A stretch of DNA of 64,000 bases from Octopus vulgaris. Taxonomy: Eukaryota. The stretch is from NCBI GenBank assembly GCA_951406725.2, contig OX597837.1, positions 39,184,001 through 39,248,000 on the forward strand, given 5' to 3'. The notes below the pieces were generated by a model. The model saw only the letters and a list, made by a program, of their open reading frames with translations. It was not told where the DNA came from and made no database searches. A program made the translations under genes and the position numbers. Positions within the stretch are counted from its first letter, which is position 1. Each line of letters starts with the position of its first letter. Positions 12,428-26,754 of the stretch are shown in pieces.

Positions 12428-13210
12428 GAGCCTATTTTTTTTTTTTTTTTTTTTTTTTTTGTAACAACAAACTGTTCATACTAACGTTTTGGATTTTCCT
12501 GTACTTTTGCAAAATTTCCAATTCTAAAGGGTCGAAACAAACCAAACCAAAGCAACGCTGGGCGATACTTCTAGTAACAATTAAAATTAAACAATGTAAA
12601 ACTCCCGAAAGTGGAGGCGCTTTAAGTTTGCTCTGGAAAAACGGCCACGTTCGGATGGTTCTCTTACGTGCCACCGGCACTGGTATTATACAGCTACAAA
12701 TTCCATTGATGTTGATCGATATCTTTTCCTTTTCGTTGGACTTGGCTATGTTGGAGCACTGCATCTCAGGGTTTAGTTGGAGGACAAATCAACTCCTTTT
12801 TAAAGTCTGGTAGTTTTACCGGTCTGTTTTAACCGGACTGCCAGATTACAGGAACGTAAACAAACCAACACTGTTTGTCAAGCAGTGGTGGGGGACATTA
12901 GATGCATCATCATCGTTTAACGTATGCCTTCCGTGCTGGCATGGGTTGGACTTGTTTCAGTCATATGACTGTGGCCATGCTGGACCACCATCTTCAAAGG
13001 TTTTTTTTAGTTGAAGAAATAGACTCCAAGACTTATTCTTTGTAAGCCTAGTACTTATTCTGTTGGTCTCTTTTGCTGAACCGCTAAGATCCGGGGATGT
13101 AAACACACCAACATCGGTTATCAAGCGATAGTTGGGTGGGGGCAAACATAGACAAATATATATACATACATACATACACACACAAATATATGTATATATA
13201 TATATACACA

Positions 13211-13373
13211 CGCAGGAGTGGCTGTGTGGTAAGTAGCTTGCTTACCAACCTCATGGTTCCGGGTTCAGTCCCACTGCGTGGCACCTTGGGCAAGTGTCTT
13301 CTGCTATAGCCTCGGGCCAACCAATGCCTTGTGAGTGGATTTGGTAGACGGAAACTGAAAGAAGCCTGTTGTA

Positions 13374-13422
<49 letters not shown>

Positions 13423-13618
13423 CTGTGTTTGTCACCCTAGTATTGCTTGACAACCGATGCTGGTGTGTTTACGTCCCCGTCACTTAGCAGTTCGGCAAAA
13501 GAGACGATATAATAAGTACTGGGCTTACAAAGAATAAGTCCCGGGGTCGATTTGCTCGACTAAAGGTGGTGCTCCAGCATGGCCACAGTCCATGATGACT
13601 GAAACAAGTGAAAGAGTA
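13211..13618 (+). mobile_element. SINE family A
   Basis: Full-length match; partial minus-strand copies lie on both sides. Confidence 0.9.
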
Positions 13619-13644
13619 CACACACACACAAATGTATGTATATG

Positions 13645-13686
<42 letters not shown>

Positions 13687-14138
13687 TACGACAGGCTTCT
13701 TTCAGTTTCCGTCTACCTTCCGTCTGAAGGCTATAGTAGAAGACTTGCCCAAGGTGCCACGCAGTGGGACTAAACCCGGAGCAATGTGGTTGGGAACCAA
13801 ACTTCTTACCACACAGCCACGCCTACATCTATACACACACACACACACACACACACACGATGGGCTTCTATAGAGTTTCTGAGTACCAAATCCACTCACA
13901 AGGCTTTGTTCGGCCCAGGGCTATAGTAAAAGACACTTACGCTGAAGGTTCTGTGCAGTGGGATTGAACCTCGGACCATATGGTTGGAAAACAAACTTCA
14001 CAACATATCTGTAATCCATTGATTGGGATTTTGAAGCTTCAACAGTTGTGACTTCGCACGCGTGGGTACAGACACACACACCCACACATTGATGTCTATA
14101 CATGACTTCAAACAACCTTTTATTTGCACATGTTTTAC

Positions 14139-14171
<33 letters not shown>

Positions 14172-14303
14172 AACCTGTTTTTATCTGCCTACACACACAC
14201 ACATACACACACACATTACATTATTTCTGTGTGTGACTGACTTTGCTCTACAAACATTTCATTCATTCACTCACATACATTTCAGAAATGACAGGTGATT
14301 GTA

Positions 14304-14309
<6 letters not shown>

Positions 14310-14334
<25 letters not shown>

Positions 14335-14632
14335 TGGTATTAGTGACTGTATGTAAATTTTCATATATATATATGTGTGTGTATATATATGTTTGTTTGT
14401 GTGTGTGTATATATATGTGTTTGCTTGTGTGTATATATATATGTGTGTGTTTGTGTGTGTATATATATATATATATATGTGTGTATATATATATATATAT
14501 ATGTGTATATATATATATATATGTGTGTATATATATATGTGTGTGTGTGTATATATATATGTGTGTGTGTGTATATATATGTGTGTGTGTGTATATATTA
14601 TGTGTCTGTGTGTGTGTATATATATATGTGTA

Positions 14633-14663
<31 letters not shown>

Positions 14664-14852
14664 GTGTGTGTGTATATATATATGTGTGTGTCTGTGTATA
14701 TATGTCTGTGTGTGTGTGTGTATGTGTGTGTATGTATATGTGTCTGTGTGTGTGTGTGTGTGTGTATGTATATATGTCTGTGTGTGTGTGTGTATATATA
14801 TGTGTGTGTGTATATATATATGTGTGTATATGTGTGTGTGTGTATGTATATA

Positions 14853-14903
<51 letters not shown>

Positions 14904-14940
14904 ATATATATATGTGTATACACACACACACACACATATA
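14310..14940. repeat. Compound (TA)/(TG) microsatellite
   Basis: Directly visible. Confidence 0.95.
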
Positions 14941-15488
14941 TAATGTAGGGCGGGGCATGTTTCTTATGCATAGACAGAATTTCTGTCCATTGTGGCTGGG
15001 TGAATCTCTTTATCTTGTGTGTCTTTTATATTAGAAACGTTTGTACTTGTTTGCCGTACAGAGGTGTTTGTTCTTTTTATTAATGGCCCCATTCAGTGTG
15101 TGTCCCCACCCTCTGTTATTTTCACTCCCATCATCATCATCATCATCATCGTTTAACGTCCGTTTTCCATGCTAGCATGGGTTGGACGGTTCAACCGGGG
15201 TCTGGGAAGCCAGAAGGCTGCACCAGGCTCCAGTCTGATCTGGCAGCGTTTCTACGGCTGGATGCCCTTCCTAACGCCAACCACTCCGTGAGTGTAGTTA
15301 TTATTATTATTATTATTGTTATTATTATTATTCATTTTGTTCAACGTGTACAAGTACGTATGTGTTCAATATTGTTTTATTCTATTTTAGAAAAACTGAA
15401 ACATGTCATGGACAATTCTAGAACATATTGAATTTTGTGCATGACTTTTGGCTCATCCAGTATATATGTATATGTATGTATGTGTGTG

Positions 15489-15535
<47 letters not shown>

Positions 15536-16476
15536 GTATGTATTTTGGCCTGCTGACTTAGTCAGTAGAGTGGCCTCATTAGAAAGCTAAAACGATGCAA
15601 AGTGCATTGTGACTAGCGATGTATAACAGCATTCAACAGCCTGCTCAATCACATGATCATGTGATATATATATGTGTATGGGACACTGCCTTTGTGTGTG
15701 TGTGCATGTATGTGTGTGTGGTGGGAGGAAGAAGGAGCACACGGTTTAGGTGTATATATGCAGGGTTTTTTGTACATATCATATTGCCCTTGCTGTGTTA
15801 TATAGGTTTTTTTATTTTCATTTTATCTTATTTTATTTTACTTGTTTCAGCCATCAGGCTGTGGCCATGCTGGAGCACCACCTTGAAATTTTTTTTTTTT
15901 TAAGCGTGATACTTATTCTATCAGTTGTTTTTGCTGAGCCGCTAAATTATGGGGATGCAAACACACCAACACCGGTTGTCAAGTGGTGGTGGTGGGACAA
16001 ATGGACAAACACAGACAGAAAGACACAAACACACATACACACATACATACATTCATATACACACATATGTGCATGTATATATATATATATATATATATAT
16101 TCATTTAGTTGTTTCAGTCATTTGACTGTAGCCATACTGGAGCACTGCCTTTAGTCGAGCAAATTGACCCCATGACTTATTCTTTGTAATCCTAGTACTT
16201 ATTCTATCCATCTCTTTTGCCAAACCGCTAAGTTACGGGGACGTAAACACACCAGTATCGGTTGTCAAGTGATGTTGGGGGGACAAACACAGGCACACAA
16301 ACTCTGATTAATGCTGGTAAGCATTTGACCAGACATGCTAATTATTCCACCAGCTCACAGCTTTCAAAACCTGGTATCAACATGAGTTTCAGCCTTGGAT
16401 CTCAAAATAAGCATGACCACGATAAAGCACAAAAACACCAGATTTATAGATAAGAGAGGGTCTTCTTCACTTAAAT

Positions 16477-17110
16477 CAGTGATTCTTAACGAGGGCCCAT
16501 GTAAGATTTTGTTCTTAATATTCATTTGCAATAAATTGCTCATACTTCAACAATATGCAGAAATGTTTTAATAATGTTTTTATAAAATATCTCATATTTA
16601 ATTTACTCTTTTACTTGTTTCAGTCATTTGACTGCGGCCATGCTGGAGCACCACCTTTAATCAAGCAACTCGTCGACCCCGGGACTTATTCTTTGTAAGC
16701 CCAGTACTTATTCCATCGGTCCCTTTTGCCGAACCGCTAAGTGATGGGGGACATAAACACACCAGCATCGGTTGTCAAGCAATGCTAGGGGGGGACAAAC
16801 ACAGACACACAAACACACACACACACATATATATATAGATATATACGACGGGTTTCTTTGAGTTTCTGTCTACCAAATTCACTCACAAGGCTTTGGTCGG
16901 CCCGAGGCTATAGTAGAAGACACTTGCCCAAGGTGCCACGCAGTGGGACTGAACCCGGAACCATGTGGTTGGTAAGCAAGCTACTTACCACACAGCCACT
17001 CCTGCACCTATAAAAATATTTTTTAAACATTGAATTGCTATGGGGGGTCCACCTAGATAAAAAAAAAGGGATCAAAAGGGCCCATAGACATAAATGTTTA
17101 CGAACCACTA
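16477..17110. mobile_element. hAT-like MITE with nested SINE A (16604-17005, minus)
   Basis: Degenerate TIRs CAGTGATTCTTAAC / GTTTACGAACCACTA and GGGGTCCA subterminal motifs, as in 1303-2349. Confidence 0.6.
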
Positions 17111-17472
17111 AGTTAGATTAAGGCAACTTACTTGACTACTAGTAGTTTTTAAAAATTTTTATTTGAATGACCCCTGGAAGAATAAAAGGTGAAATCTGTG
17201 TTTGACAGCATTTGAACTCGCTACAGTAGGTATTGTATATGGTATTTTGTCAAGTGAGAGCAAGCAGGAAGTTGTGATGTTTGTCTTGTTTAATGATTTA
17301 TTTAGACAAACTGACAGATTTTCGAGTGTGTGTGTGTGTGTTCCGCATAGTTGTGTTTCTATATTACTGTGTGTATATATTCATGCTGACATATTTGTGT
17401 ATATCTAGGAAGTTCTTGGCTTTGGGTAAAAGAAAATACAGGCGGATCAGTTAATTATGATTTTATGCAACA

Positions 17473-17795
17473 CTAGCACTATGATCTGGCAACGCCGGGT
17501 CATAATGCTAGTGCATGCATATACAGCTGCGTGTATGCACACATACACGCGAGTACTGTCCAAATCTCCGACCAATCACATACAGCTAGCTGGCATTCGA
17601 TTGATGTATCAAGTTTCGGGCATTTTGATTGGGTTTTGGATAGAAAATTCACAAAAAAGTCACTTCTATTGATTTTTTAATGGCTTTGTGGGGTGACTGG
17701 GGAAATGTAAAGATGTGCACGACCACCCTTGGACGGTTTTGAATAACCATAGAAAGTGTGAGCCCTCTAACTGAAAAATTGTGGATTTGTATAAA

Positions 17796-17829
<34 letters not shown>

Positions 17830-17837
17830 GTTTTGCC

Positions 17838-17850
<13 letters not shown>
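17473..17850 (-). mobile_element. Non-autonomous Helitron-like element
   Basis: The minus strand starts TATATA..CGGCAAAACGTCTG(TG)n and ends with a GC-rich hairpin GACCCGGCGTTGCCAGATC a few nt before CTAG followed by T. Confidence 0.65.
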
Positions 17851-17872
<22 letters not shown>

Positions 17873-18390
17873 GGTGCAGGATTGTACCTGTCAAACCATC
17901 CCACCCATGCCAGTATGGGAGGCAGATGTTAAACAATGATGATGATGATGTACATACACAGAATAAGAAGAGTTTAGGCCACTGGTGATCTAAACTAAGA
18001 GGTATGCTGTGTGAGTGCTCCAAATGATAAGCCACTGGGAGCCAAGTTCAAAACACAACGAGGGATAGCGTTGGAGATCTGTGGTCTACTTCTGAGTCAG
18101 TAGATATAAAGTAAAGAAAGAGGAAAACACAATCAAGATAGGAAAAGCTTATCAGATCATTTGAATAATTTTAGTGGTGTACATTAAGTACAAATAAATG
18201 TCGGACAGCTGTTTCTGGTGTATCCCAGGTACTGGTCAGTGTGTTGATCCGCCTGCCTACCTGCGTATATTCATGCTGGTGCCTGTATGTGTATCTATGT
18301 AAGCATGTGTTTATTGTGCTGGCATGCATGTATGTATATTTATGTTGATACATGTGTGTCTGGGTGTGTATGTAGTCATATGGCTATGTA

Positions 18391-18931
18391 CGATGGTGAG
18401 TTAAAAAGTAATGCCATTTTGTTTAGGACATGTGTAATTACCAACACAGGAACATGTATCATACATCAAAATGGAGCTGGTCCTCTGTGGATCACATCCC
18501 TATTTCTCAACATAGGCACCGTTTCTCTCAATAGCAATGTTCCACCTTCGAATGAGAGCATGTATCCCTGCCCCGTAAAATTCTGTTGACAGTTCTTTGA
18601 GCCACGTCTTCACTACAGTTTTCACTTCCTCATCACTGGACTATCATCTCTTCGGACCCATGAAAGAGGGTTTGAGAGGCAAACATCATTCCAGTGACGA
18701 GGAAGTGAAAACTGTAGTGAAGAAGTGGCTCAAAGAACAGTCAACAGAATTTTATGGAGACAGGGATACATGCTCTCATTCGAAGGTGGAACATTGCTAT
18801 TGAGAGAAACGGTGGCTATTTTGAGAAGTAGGGATGTGATCCTCAGAGGACCAGCTTCCTTTTGATGTAAGATACATGTTCCTGTGTTGGTAATTACACC
18901 TATCCTGGCATTACTTTTTGACTCACCCTCG
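18391..18931. mobile_element. Mariner-derived fold-back element (two inverted 3' ends)
   Basis: TA flanks; about 245-bp inverted arms (18391-18640, 18690-18931). The + strand encodes the transposase C-terminus DYHLFGPMKEGLRGKHHSSDEEVKTVVKKWLKEQSTEFY and, after a frameshift, GIHALIRRWNIAIERNGGYFEK*. Confidence 0.9.
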
Positions 18932-19474
18932 TATTTATGTAGGTGTATATGCATCTTTGACCTTTTTCTTGTTTGTCATTGGAATATGGCCATGCTGGGG
19001 CACTGCTCCAGAAGGCTTTCAGTTCAATGAATCAACCTCAGTAATTAAGTCTTCTTTAGAAGTCTGTTACTTAATCTGTTAGACTATTTTGCTGAACTGC
19101 TAAGTCACAAAGACTTAAGCCAATGCCAGTCGTTGAACATTCATGCATGTGTGACAGGCTTCTTTCAGTTTCCATATACCAAATCCACTCACAAGGTTTT
19201 GGTCAGTCTGCAGCTATAGTAGAAGACACTTTCTCAAGTGGCAACACAGTGGAATTGAACCTGGAACCATGTCATTGAGAAGTGAACTTACTACACAACC
19301 ATGATGATGCATTGTATATCTGTGAATGTGTGTGTGTGTGTGTGTGTGTGCATCTGTATTGGCTTGTATGTATCTGTGTAAGCATGTGTTTGTGTATGTA
19401 TATACATTGTGTGTGTGTGTCATGGATATGTGTGTTTGTCAATGTGTGATTGTCTGCATAGTTAAGTTAATTTT

Positions 19475-19735
19475 TTGACTCAAAAAACAAAAAGCAAGGC
19501 CATGTAGGGGGACATGGAGTTATGTACAGGGAGGGTGTTCGTGCAAAGAGTTCAGGCCATTTCTGGTCAAGAGAGACTTTGAACCAAGCGGTCGTCGGCA
19601 TCTTCACTATCTCATCCGGCAGCTTATTCAACGGATCCGCAACCCGGACGGAGAAAGCTCCTCTCCTTCGATTGAGATGAAATCGTCGCAGATAGAACTT
19701 TTCAGAGTGACCCCGCAGCCGACACTCTGGAATGT
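19475..19735 (-). mobile_element. CR1-clade LINE 3' end
   Basis: Minus translation RLRGHSEKFYLRRFHLNRRRGAFSVRVADPLNKLPDEIVKMPTTAWFKVSLDQKW (RGH...RV...NKLP...FK..LD CR1 motif). Confidence 0.8.
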
Positions 19736-20286
19736 AGCTTTGTGTGGTTAGCTATATGAATACGTCTCAATGTAAACGATTGTGTGTGTGTGTGTATACC
19801 TTCAGCAATAATAATAATAATAATAATAATAGTGGTTTCAAATTTTGTCATAAGTGCAGCCATTTTGGGGGAAAGGATGAAAGGTAAAGTTGACCTTGGC
19901 AGAATTTGAACTCAGAACCATTCTGCCAGCTCACAGCCTTAATAATAATAATAATAGTGATAATTCACTTTTCCCCAATTACATTGAAACGCAATGCGTG
20001 GAAATGACACACACAACCTCATTTCATTCAGTTGTGTATGTCTGTACACACACACATGTATTTAGGATGTGTGTGTGTAGATATTCTTTTATTTGTTTCA
20101 GTCATTTGACTGTGGCCATGCTGGAGCACCACCTTTAGTCAAACAAATCGACCCCAAGACTTATTCTTTGTAAGCCTAGTACTTACTTTATTGGTCTCTT
20201 TTGCCAAACTGCTACATTATGAGGATGTAGACACACCAACATCGGTTGCCAAGTGATGGTCGGGGGGGGGGGGGGGGCAAACACAG

Positions 20287-20366
<80 letters not shown>

Positions 20367-20573
20367 CTTTCAGTTTCCGTCTACCAAATCCACTCACAAG
20401 GCTTTTGTTGGCCTGAGGCTACAGTAGAAGACACTTGCCCAAGGTGCCATGCAGTAGGACTGAATCCGGAACCAAGTGGTTGGTAGGCAAGCTACTTACC
20501 GAACAACCACCCATGTATTTAGGATTGTGTGTGTGTGTGTATTTAGAATGTGTTTATGTATATAGGATGTGTG

Positions 20574-20626
<53 letters not shown>

Positions 20627-21259
20627 ATTTAGGGTGTGTGTGTGTGTGTATATATATACACATATATATGCATTTGAGATGTGTATGTGTGTATATGTAT
20701 TTAAGATGTGTATGTGTATGTATATATATATAAGATGTGTATGTGCGTGTATATATGTATCTAGGATGTGTATTTGTGTGTGTATGTATATATATATATT
20801 GTATATACTTAAAGATGTGTGTGTGTATATATGTATTTAAGATGTGTGTGTGTGTATGTATGTAGGATGTGTATGTGTCTCAATGAAGAGGTATTGGCAT
20901 TTTTCTATGTATGGGTATATATTTCAAGAATGTGTGTACATATGTGTGTGAATCACAGATAACCTACTTATTTATGTGTAGGAGTGTGCGCGTGAGTGTA
21001 TATATATATATATATTAGTACAAATACCTACATAAACACACACACACATACATACTGCAATGTATACATTATATACTTCCAGACACACACCTGTAAATTT
21101 TTTTCCTCCTGTCCACCCCCACCCGTTTTCCTCCTCCCCACTTTCATTCCAACATACATCATGTCACTTTTAAGGGGGCAAAGTTCAAGTACTAAATTGC
21201 ATAAACACCACCCCCAACATGTATACACCTATATATGTATGTATGTATATCTGAATGTA

Positions 21260-21291
<32 letters not shown>

Positions 21292-21391
21292 GAATGTTAT
21301 ATATATATATATTTATATATATATATTTATATATGTATATATTTATATATGTATATATATATTTATATATGTATATATATATTTATATATG

Positions 21392-21682
<291 letters not shown>

Positions 21683-21725
21683 CACACACATATATATATA
21701 TATACACACACACATATATATATAT

Positions 21726-21810
<85 letters not shown>

Positions 21811-21837
21811 TATATATATATATATGCACACACACAC

Positions 21838-21900
<63 letters not shown>

Positions 21901-22079
21901 TATATATGTATATGCATTTACACATACATACACTTCCACAAACATTTACGCGTGGGCATAATGTATACATAGATATCTTAGAACATAAACACAAAAGGAA
22001 ATACGCTTCCTCATGCATAAACTGCAAACACATCAACCACACACACACACACACACATACACACACACACACACACATA

Positions 22080-22147
<68 letters not shown>

Positions 22148-22419
22148 GCAGTTGTGAGATAATAATTCGATAACCAAATTGGAATTTAGGGTAAATGCCA
22201 ACTTAGCGGTTACCCTGTGGTTATTTATACTCGGCGTCAACATCATGTAACATCTGATTTTCCATGCTGGTATGGGTTGGATTGTCCGACAAGAGCCGGC
22301 GAGTCAGACAGCTGTTTCGAGCTCCGATGTCTACTTTGGCATGGTTTCTTTGGGTGGATTTCCTTCCTAACACTGACCCCTTTCCGGAGTGTACTGGACA
22401 CTGCAGTTTTCATAATATC

Positions 22420-22853
22420 TGCCTCAGTTAGGTCACCAAGTAAGTCAGACGACAAGACTCTTCTGTTGAGTAGGGTGTAGTATTAAGAGACATGGCTTTG
22501 TGTCAGGTGATGTGAGGCTAAAAGTGTAGCTGTGCGACATCACGACCAAACCACAATGGTTTCACATGATCGGCCTATTAAGCAGCAGTCAGCATCAAGT
22601 TGTCGTGATTTATTCCTCTAGAATCTTCTTCTACCCTGCCTCAGTTAGGTCACCAAGTAAGTCAGAAGACAAAACTCTTCAGTTGAGTAAGGTGTAGTAT
22701 TAAGAGACATGGCTTTGTGTCAGGTGATGTGAGGCTAAAAGTGTAGCTGTGAGAAATCACTACCAAACCACAATGGTTTCACATGATCTGTCTATTAAAC
22801 AGCAGTCAGAATCAAGTTGTCATGATTTATTCCTCTAGAATTTTCTTCTACCC
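22420..22853. repeat. 217-bp tandem duplication
   Basis: TGCCTCAGTTAGGTCACCAAGTAAGTCAG starts at both 22420 and 22637; the units are highly similar. Confidence 0.9.
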
Positions 22854-22889
22854 TGTAAAAAGTGACAGACTTGAAATTAAAGACAAAGT

Positions 22890-23133
22890 TCCCTTCTCAA
22901 GTTGTGCTGACTCATAAGGGCTGGTCTCCTGGTTTTCATGGCATATAAATTTCTCACCTGTATAGGACATCGGTCTGTTGCAGGATTATTCATTTTCGCC
23001 AGCTGAGTGGGCTGGAGCAACATGAAATGAAGTGTTTTGCTCGTGAACACAACACGTCACTCAGTTCAAGAATTGAAACCACGATCTTACAATCACGAAT
23101 CCAACACTTTAACCACTTAGCCATATGCCTCCA
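22890..23133 (-). mobile_element. tRNA-derived CORE-type SINE family D
   Basis: Minus strand has TGGCTAAGTGGTTAAAGTG (A box), GGTTTCAATTCT (B box), then TTGTGTTCACGAGCAAAACACTTCATTTCATGTTGCTCCAG. Related copies are at 44825-45116, 56225-56485 and 58750-59123. Confidence 0.7.
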
Positions 23134-23754
23134 TGCAGAATGTTGAGGCAGCTGAGTAATGTCTCCATTCTTGCTGCACCAAACAGTCCAATCAGACAAC
23201 TGACCCAGGAAGACAGCACAAATAGATGGCCAAGGACTACGTTGTCATGTAGATAGTAGAATTGTTTACAGATATATTAGGCAAGTCATATGTTATTGTA
23301 CCAATGGCTTGCTGTAAACTCCCAGCAGTACCTTTCACCCAGGATGTAATTGTTAACTGTAAAAGGCTGATGCAGTTTGTCTTTATTGTGACAATAAATT
23401 CTTCTGTTAAATATTCGTCAATGTTGAATTACTTTTCCATGTGGACCAAGAAGCATGTTTTCATTCACTGACTCAACAAGCTACCACAGCAGCATTGCCG
23501 AAACCCTATAATATACTTTATTTTATTAAATTTGCCATAAAGGCAATACATAGAGTAAAAAAGCTTTGCGGGCTGGACACAAACATTGAGATAAATGATA
23601 ATGATACAAGGATGATAAGGATGGGAGAAGACAGAAAGCACTCGCCGACCCTCTGCTTCTCTATAACATTGTTCTTTTGCAACCATACATTTGAGGTATT
23701 AAATCTCTTAAAATTTTTCATTATTAAACATACATTGAGGTATTAAACCTCTTA

Positions 23755-23980
23755 AGGCAGCGAGCTGGCAGAAATGTTAGCACGCTGGGTGAAATGCTTA
23801 GTAGTATTTCGTCTGCCATTACGTTCTGAGTTCAAATTCCACCGAGGTTGACTTTGCCTTTCATCCTTTCGGGGTCGATTAAATAAATACCAGTTACGCA
23901 CTGGGGTCGATATAATCGACTTAATCCGTTTGTCCTTGTTTGTCCCCTCTGCGTGTAGCCCCTTGTGGGTTGTAAAGAAA
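23755..23980 (+). mobile_element. Full-length SINE family C with 18-bp TSD
   Basis: TSD GAGGTATTAAACCTCTTA at 23737-23754 and 23981-23998; tRNA-like head GAGCTGGCAGAAATGTTAG...GAGTTCAAATTCC. Confidence 0.92.
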
Positions 23981-24364
23981 GAGGTATTAAACCTCTTACA
24001 ATTTTTCGATATTTACAATTTATTTGGACCGAAAAATCCATCACAAATAAAAACCATTTAAACAGACACTTGAGGCAATATTTGCCTAATGACGAAACCC
24101 TATAATATACTTGTGACCTCCGATGACACAGCCTGCCAACAACGCACTACAACAAAAGTATCAAAGAAGGAGAGAAACTGGTGTTTTGCTTTAGTGAAGA
24201 TATATGGTTACACCAGTTTGGAACTAGAGAACATGGTGGTAAATATGTGTCAGGACATAACCTCAAGGTACTGGATGGTGAATACAATATCTTAAATAAT
24301 GGTTATTGTGATTTTATTAGGGGTGAATAGGGGCCCCCAAGAAAAATTAAAATTAGAATGCTGC

Positions 24365-24986
24365 AGTGCTGCCCCGACTGGCCTCCATGCCGGTGGCACG
24401 TAAAAATCACCATCCGATCATGGCCGTTTGCCAGCCTTGCCTGGCCTCTGTGCCAGTGGCACGTAAAAAACACCATGCGATCGTGGCCTTTGCCAGCTTC
24501 GCCTGGCCTCCGTGCCAGTGGCACGTAAAAAGCACCATCCGATTGTGGCCGCTGCCAGCCTTACCTGGCCTCTGTGCCAGTGGCACATAAAAACCACCAT
24601 CCGATCATGGCCGCTGCCAGCCTCACCTGGCCTCCGTGCCAGTGGCACGTAAAAAGCACCATCCGATCGCGGCCTTTGCCAGCTTCGCCTGGCCTCCGTG
24701 CCAGTGGCACGTAAAAAGCACCATCCGATCGCGGCCATTGCCAGCCTTACTTGGCCTCTGTGCCAGTGGCACATAAAAAACACCATCCGATCGTGGCCGT
24801 TTGCCAGCCTCTCCTGGCACGTAAAAAGCACCCACTACACTCATGGAGTGGTTGGCGTTAGGAAGGGCATCCAGCCGTAGAAACACTGCCAGATCAGACT
24901 GGAGCCTGGTGCAGCCTCCTGGCTTCCCAGACCCCAGTTGAACTGTCCAACCCATGCTAGCATGGAAAGCAGACGTTAAACGATGA
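24365..24986 (+). mobile_element. RTE LINE 3'UTR with about 62-bp unit x7-8
   Basis: TGGCCTC units at 24379, 24442, 24504, 24566 and onward, then the standard terminus GACGTTAAACGATGA. Confidence 0.85.
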
Positions 24987-26180
24987 CGTCTGGACTACTG
25001 TTCTCAACTGCAGTCACCCAAACTGCAAGGATTTTAGAAAATCCTTTGAAATTTCACCCCTAAAGAGCCTTACCAATTCCCTATCATCCAGAGGCATCAA
25101 ATCAGTCATTAGACCAAATCTCTTACTATGCTGACATCAACATTTTAGTTTTCATTTTTTTCTCCCTATTCACCGTATCTTCATCATCGTCTTAACATCC
25201 ACTTTTCTTAGCTTTCATGAGTTGCAAAGAATTTGTTAAAGCTGTTTTTTTTCCCTACTGCCAAATTCCCTTTCTGTAAGCAACCCCCCACCTGCTTCCA
25301 AGTAAGGAAATATTTCTCTATGGTCTGTGCCTTAAGGAATGGGCACATTGGGCAGTTGCCTAATGGCTCCACAGGCCTATGGGCCCAGTTCTCATATGTG
25401 TATGCAGTGGCTTGCTGTGTTGAATATATAGATACTGTAAGACCTAGTGCATTGATTTACCAGGGAGCTTATAATGATGCGAAGATGGACCTGCCTATGG
25501 TGAAACATGTTTTCACAGAACATTGCAAACAAAGGGGACATTTCTTTTATGATGATGATGATTCTGATGGTGCTCATTTGTAACTATCTTGCAATGTCAA
25601 GAACAGAACACAAGCACACACATTTATCTATATATCTACCTTTATATAGAGAGAGTCAAGACTACTGAAAAGGTTGCAAGACGCAACGAAAATTTTAGGA
25701 AAATAAGAACTAAGTGGAAATTTTACCAGTGAGTGTGTTAAATTATAAGGCACAAAAAGAAAATGACTCTCCCCAGACACAACAGAATACCTTTATATAT
25801 ATATATATATATTCTTTTATTTGTTTCAGTCATTTGACTGTGGCCATGCTTGAGCACTGCCTCTAGTCGAGCAAATCGACCCCAGGACTTATTCTTTGTA
25901 AACCTAGTACTTATTCTATCAGTCACTTTTGCTGATATATATTATGTCTGTGTTCCCTGTCCCCATCATTGCTTGACAACCAGTGTTAGTGTGTTTGGCC
26001 CCAGAACCTAGCAGTTCAGCAAAAGTATTAGGTTTAAAAATAAGTCCTGGGGTCAAATTGTTTGACAAAATCACTTCAAGGTGGTGTCCCAGCATGGCCA
26101 CAGTCAAATGACTGAAACTAGTAAAAGAAGAGAACATCTATACATGCAGTTTAGAATTATATATATATATATATATATAT

Positions 26181-26351
26181 AGGAGTGGCTGTGTGGTAAG
26201 TAGCTTGCTTACCAACCACATGGTTGCGGGTTCAGTCCCACTACGTGGCACCTTGGGCAAGTGTCTTCTACTATAGCCTCGAGCCGACCAAAGCCTTGTG
26301 AGTGGATTTGGTAGACGGAAACTGAAAGAAGCCCATCGTATATATGTATGT

Positions 26352-26385
<34 letters not shown>

Positions 26386-26600
26386 ATGCGTGTGTGTGTT
26401 TGTGTGTCTGTGTTTGTCCCCCTAGCATTGCTTGACAACCGATGCTGGTGTGTTTATTTCCCCGTCACTTAGCGGTTCGGCAAAAGAGACTGATAGAATA
26501 AGTACTGGGCTTACACAGAATAAGTCTCGGGGTCGAGTTGCTTGACTAAAGGCGGTGCTCCAGCATGGCCGCAGTCAAATAACTGAAACAAGTAAAAAAG
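26181..26600 (+). mobile_element. SINE family A
   Basis: Full-length match. Confidence 0.9.
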
Positions 26601-26601
26601 A

Positions 26602-26646
<45 letters not shown>

Positions 26647-26754
26647 TACATACACAAACAGTTGTGGAATACATGCACATACACAGAAACAGTTGAGAAT
26701 GCGTACACACACACACACACACACACACATGAATAAATTTGTTTTTGTTTTTGA

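Noticed and set aside
25233-25583. 116-aa + strand ORF
   Set aside because: It overlaps degenerate RTE-3'UTR-like repeat sequence and has no recognisable domain or convincing splice sites.
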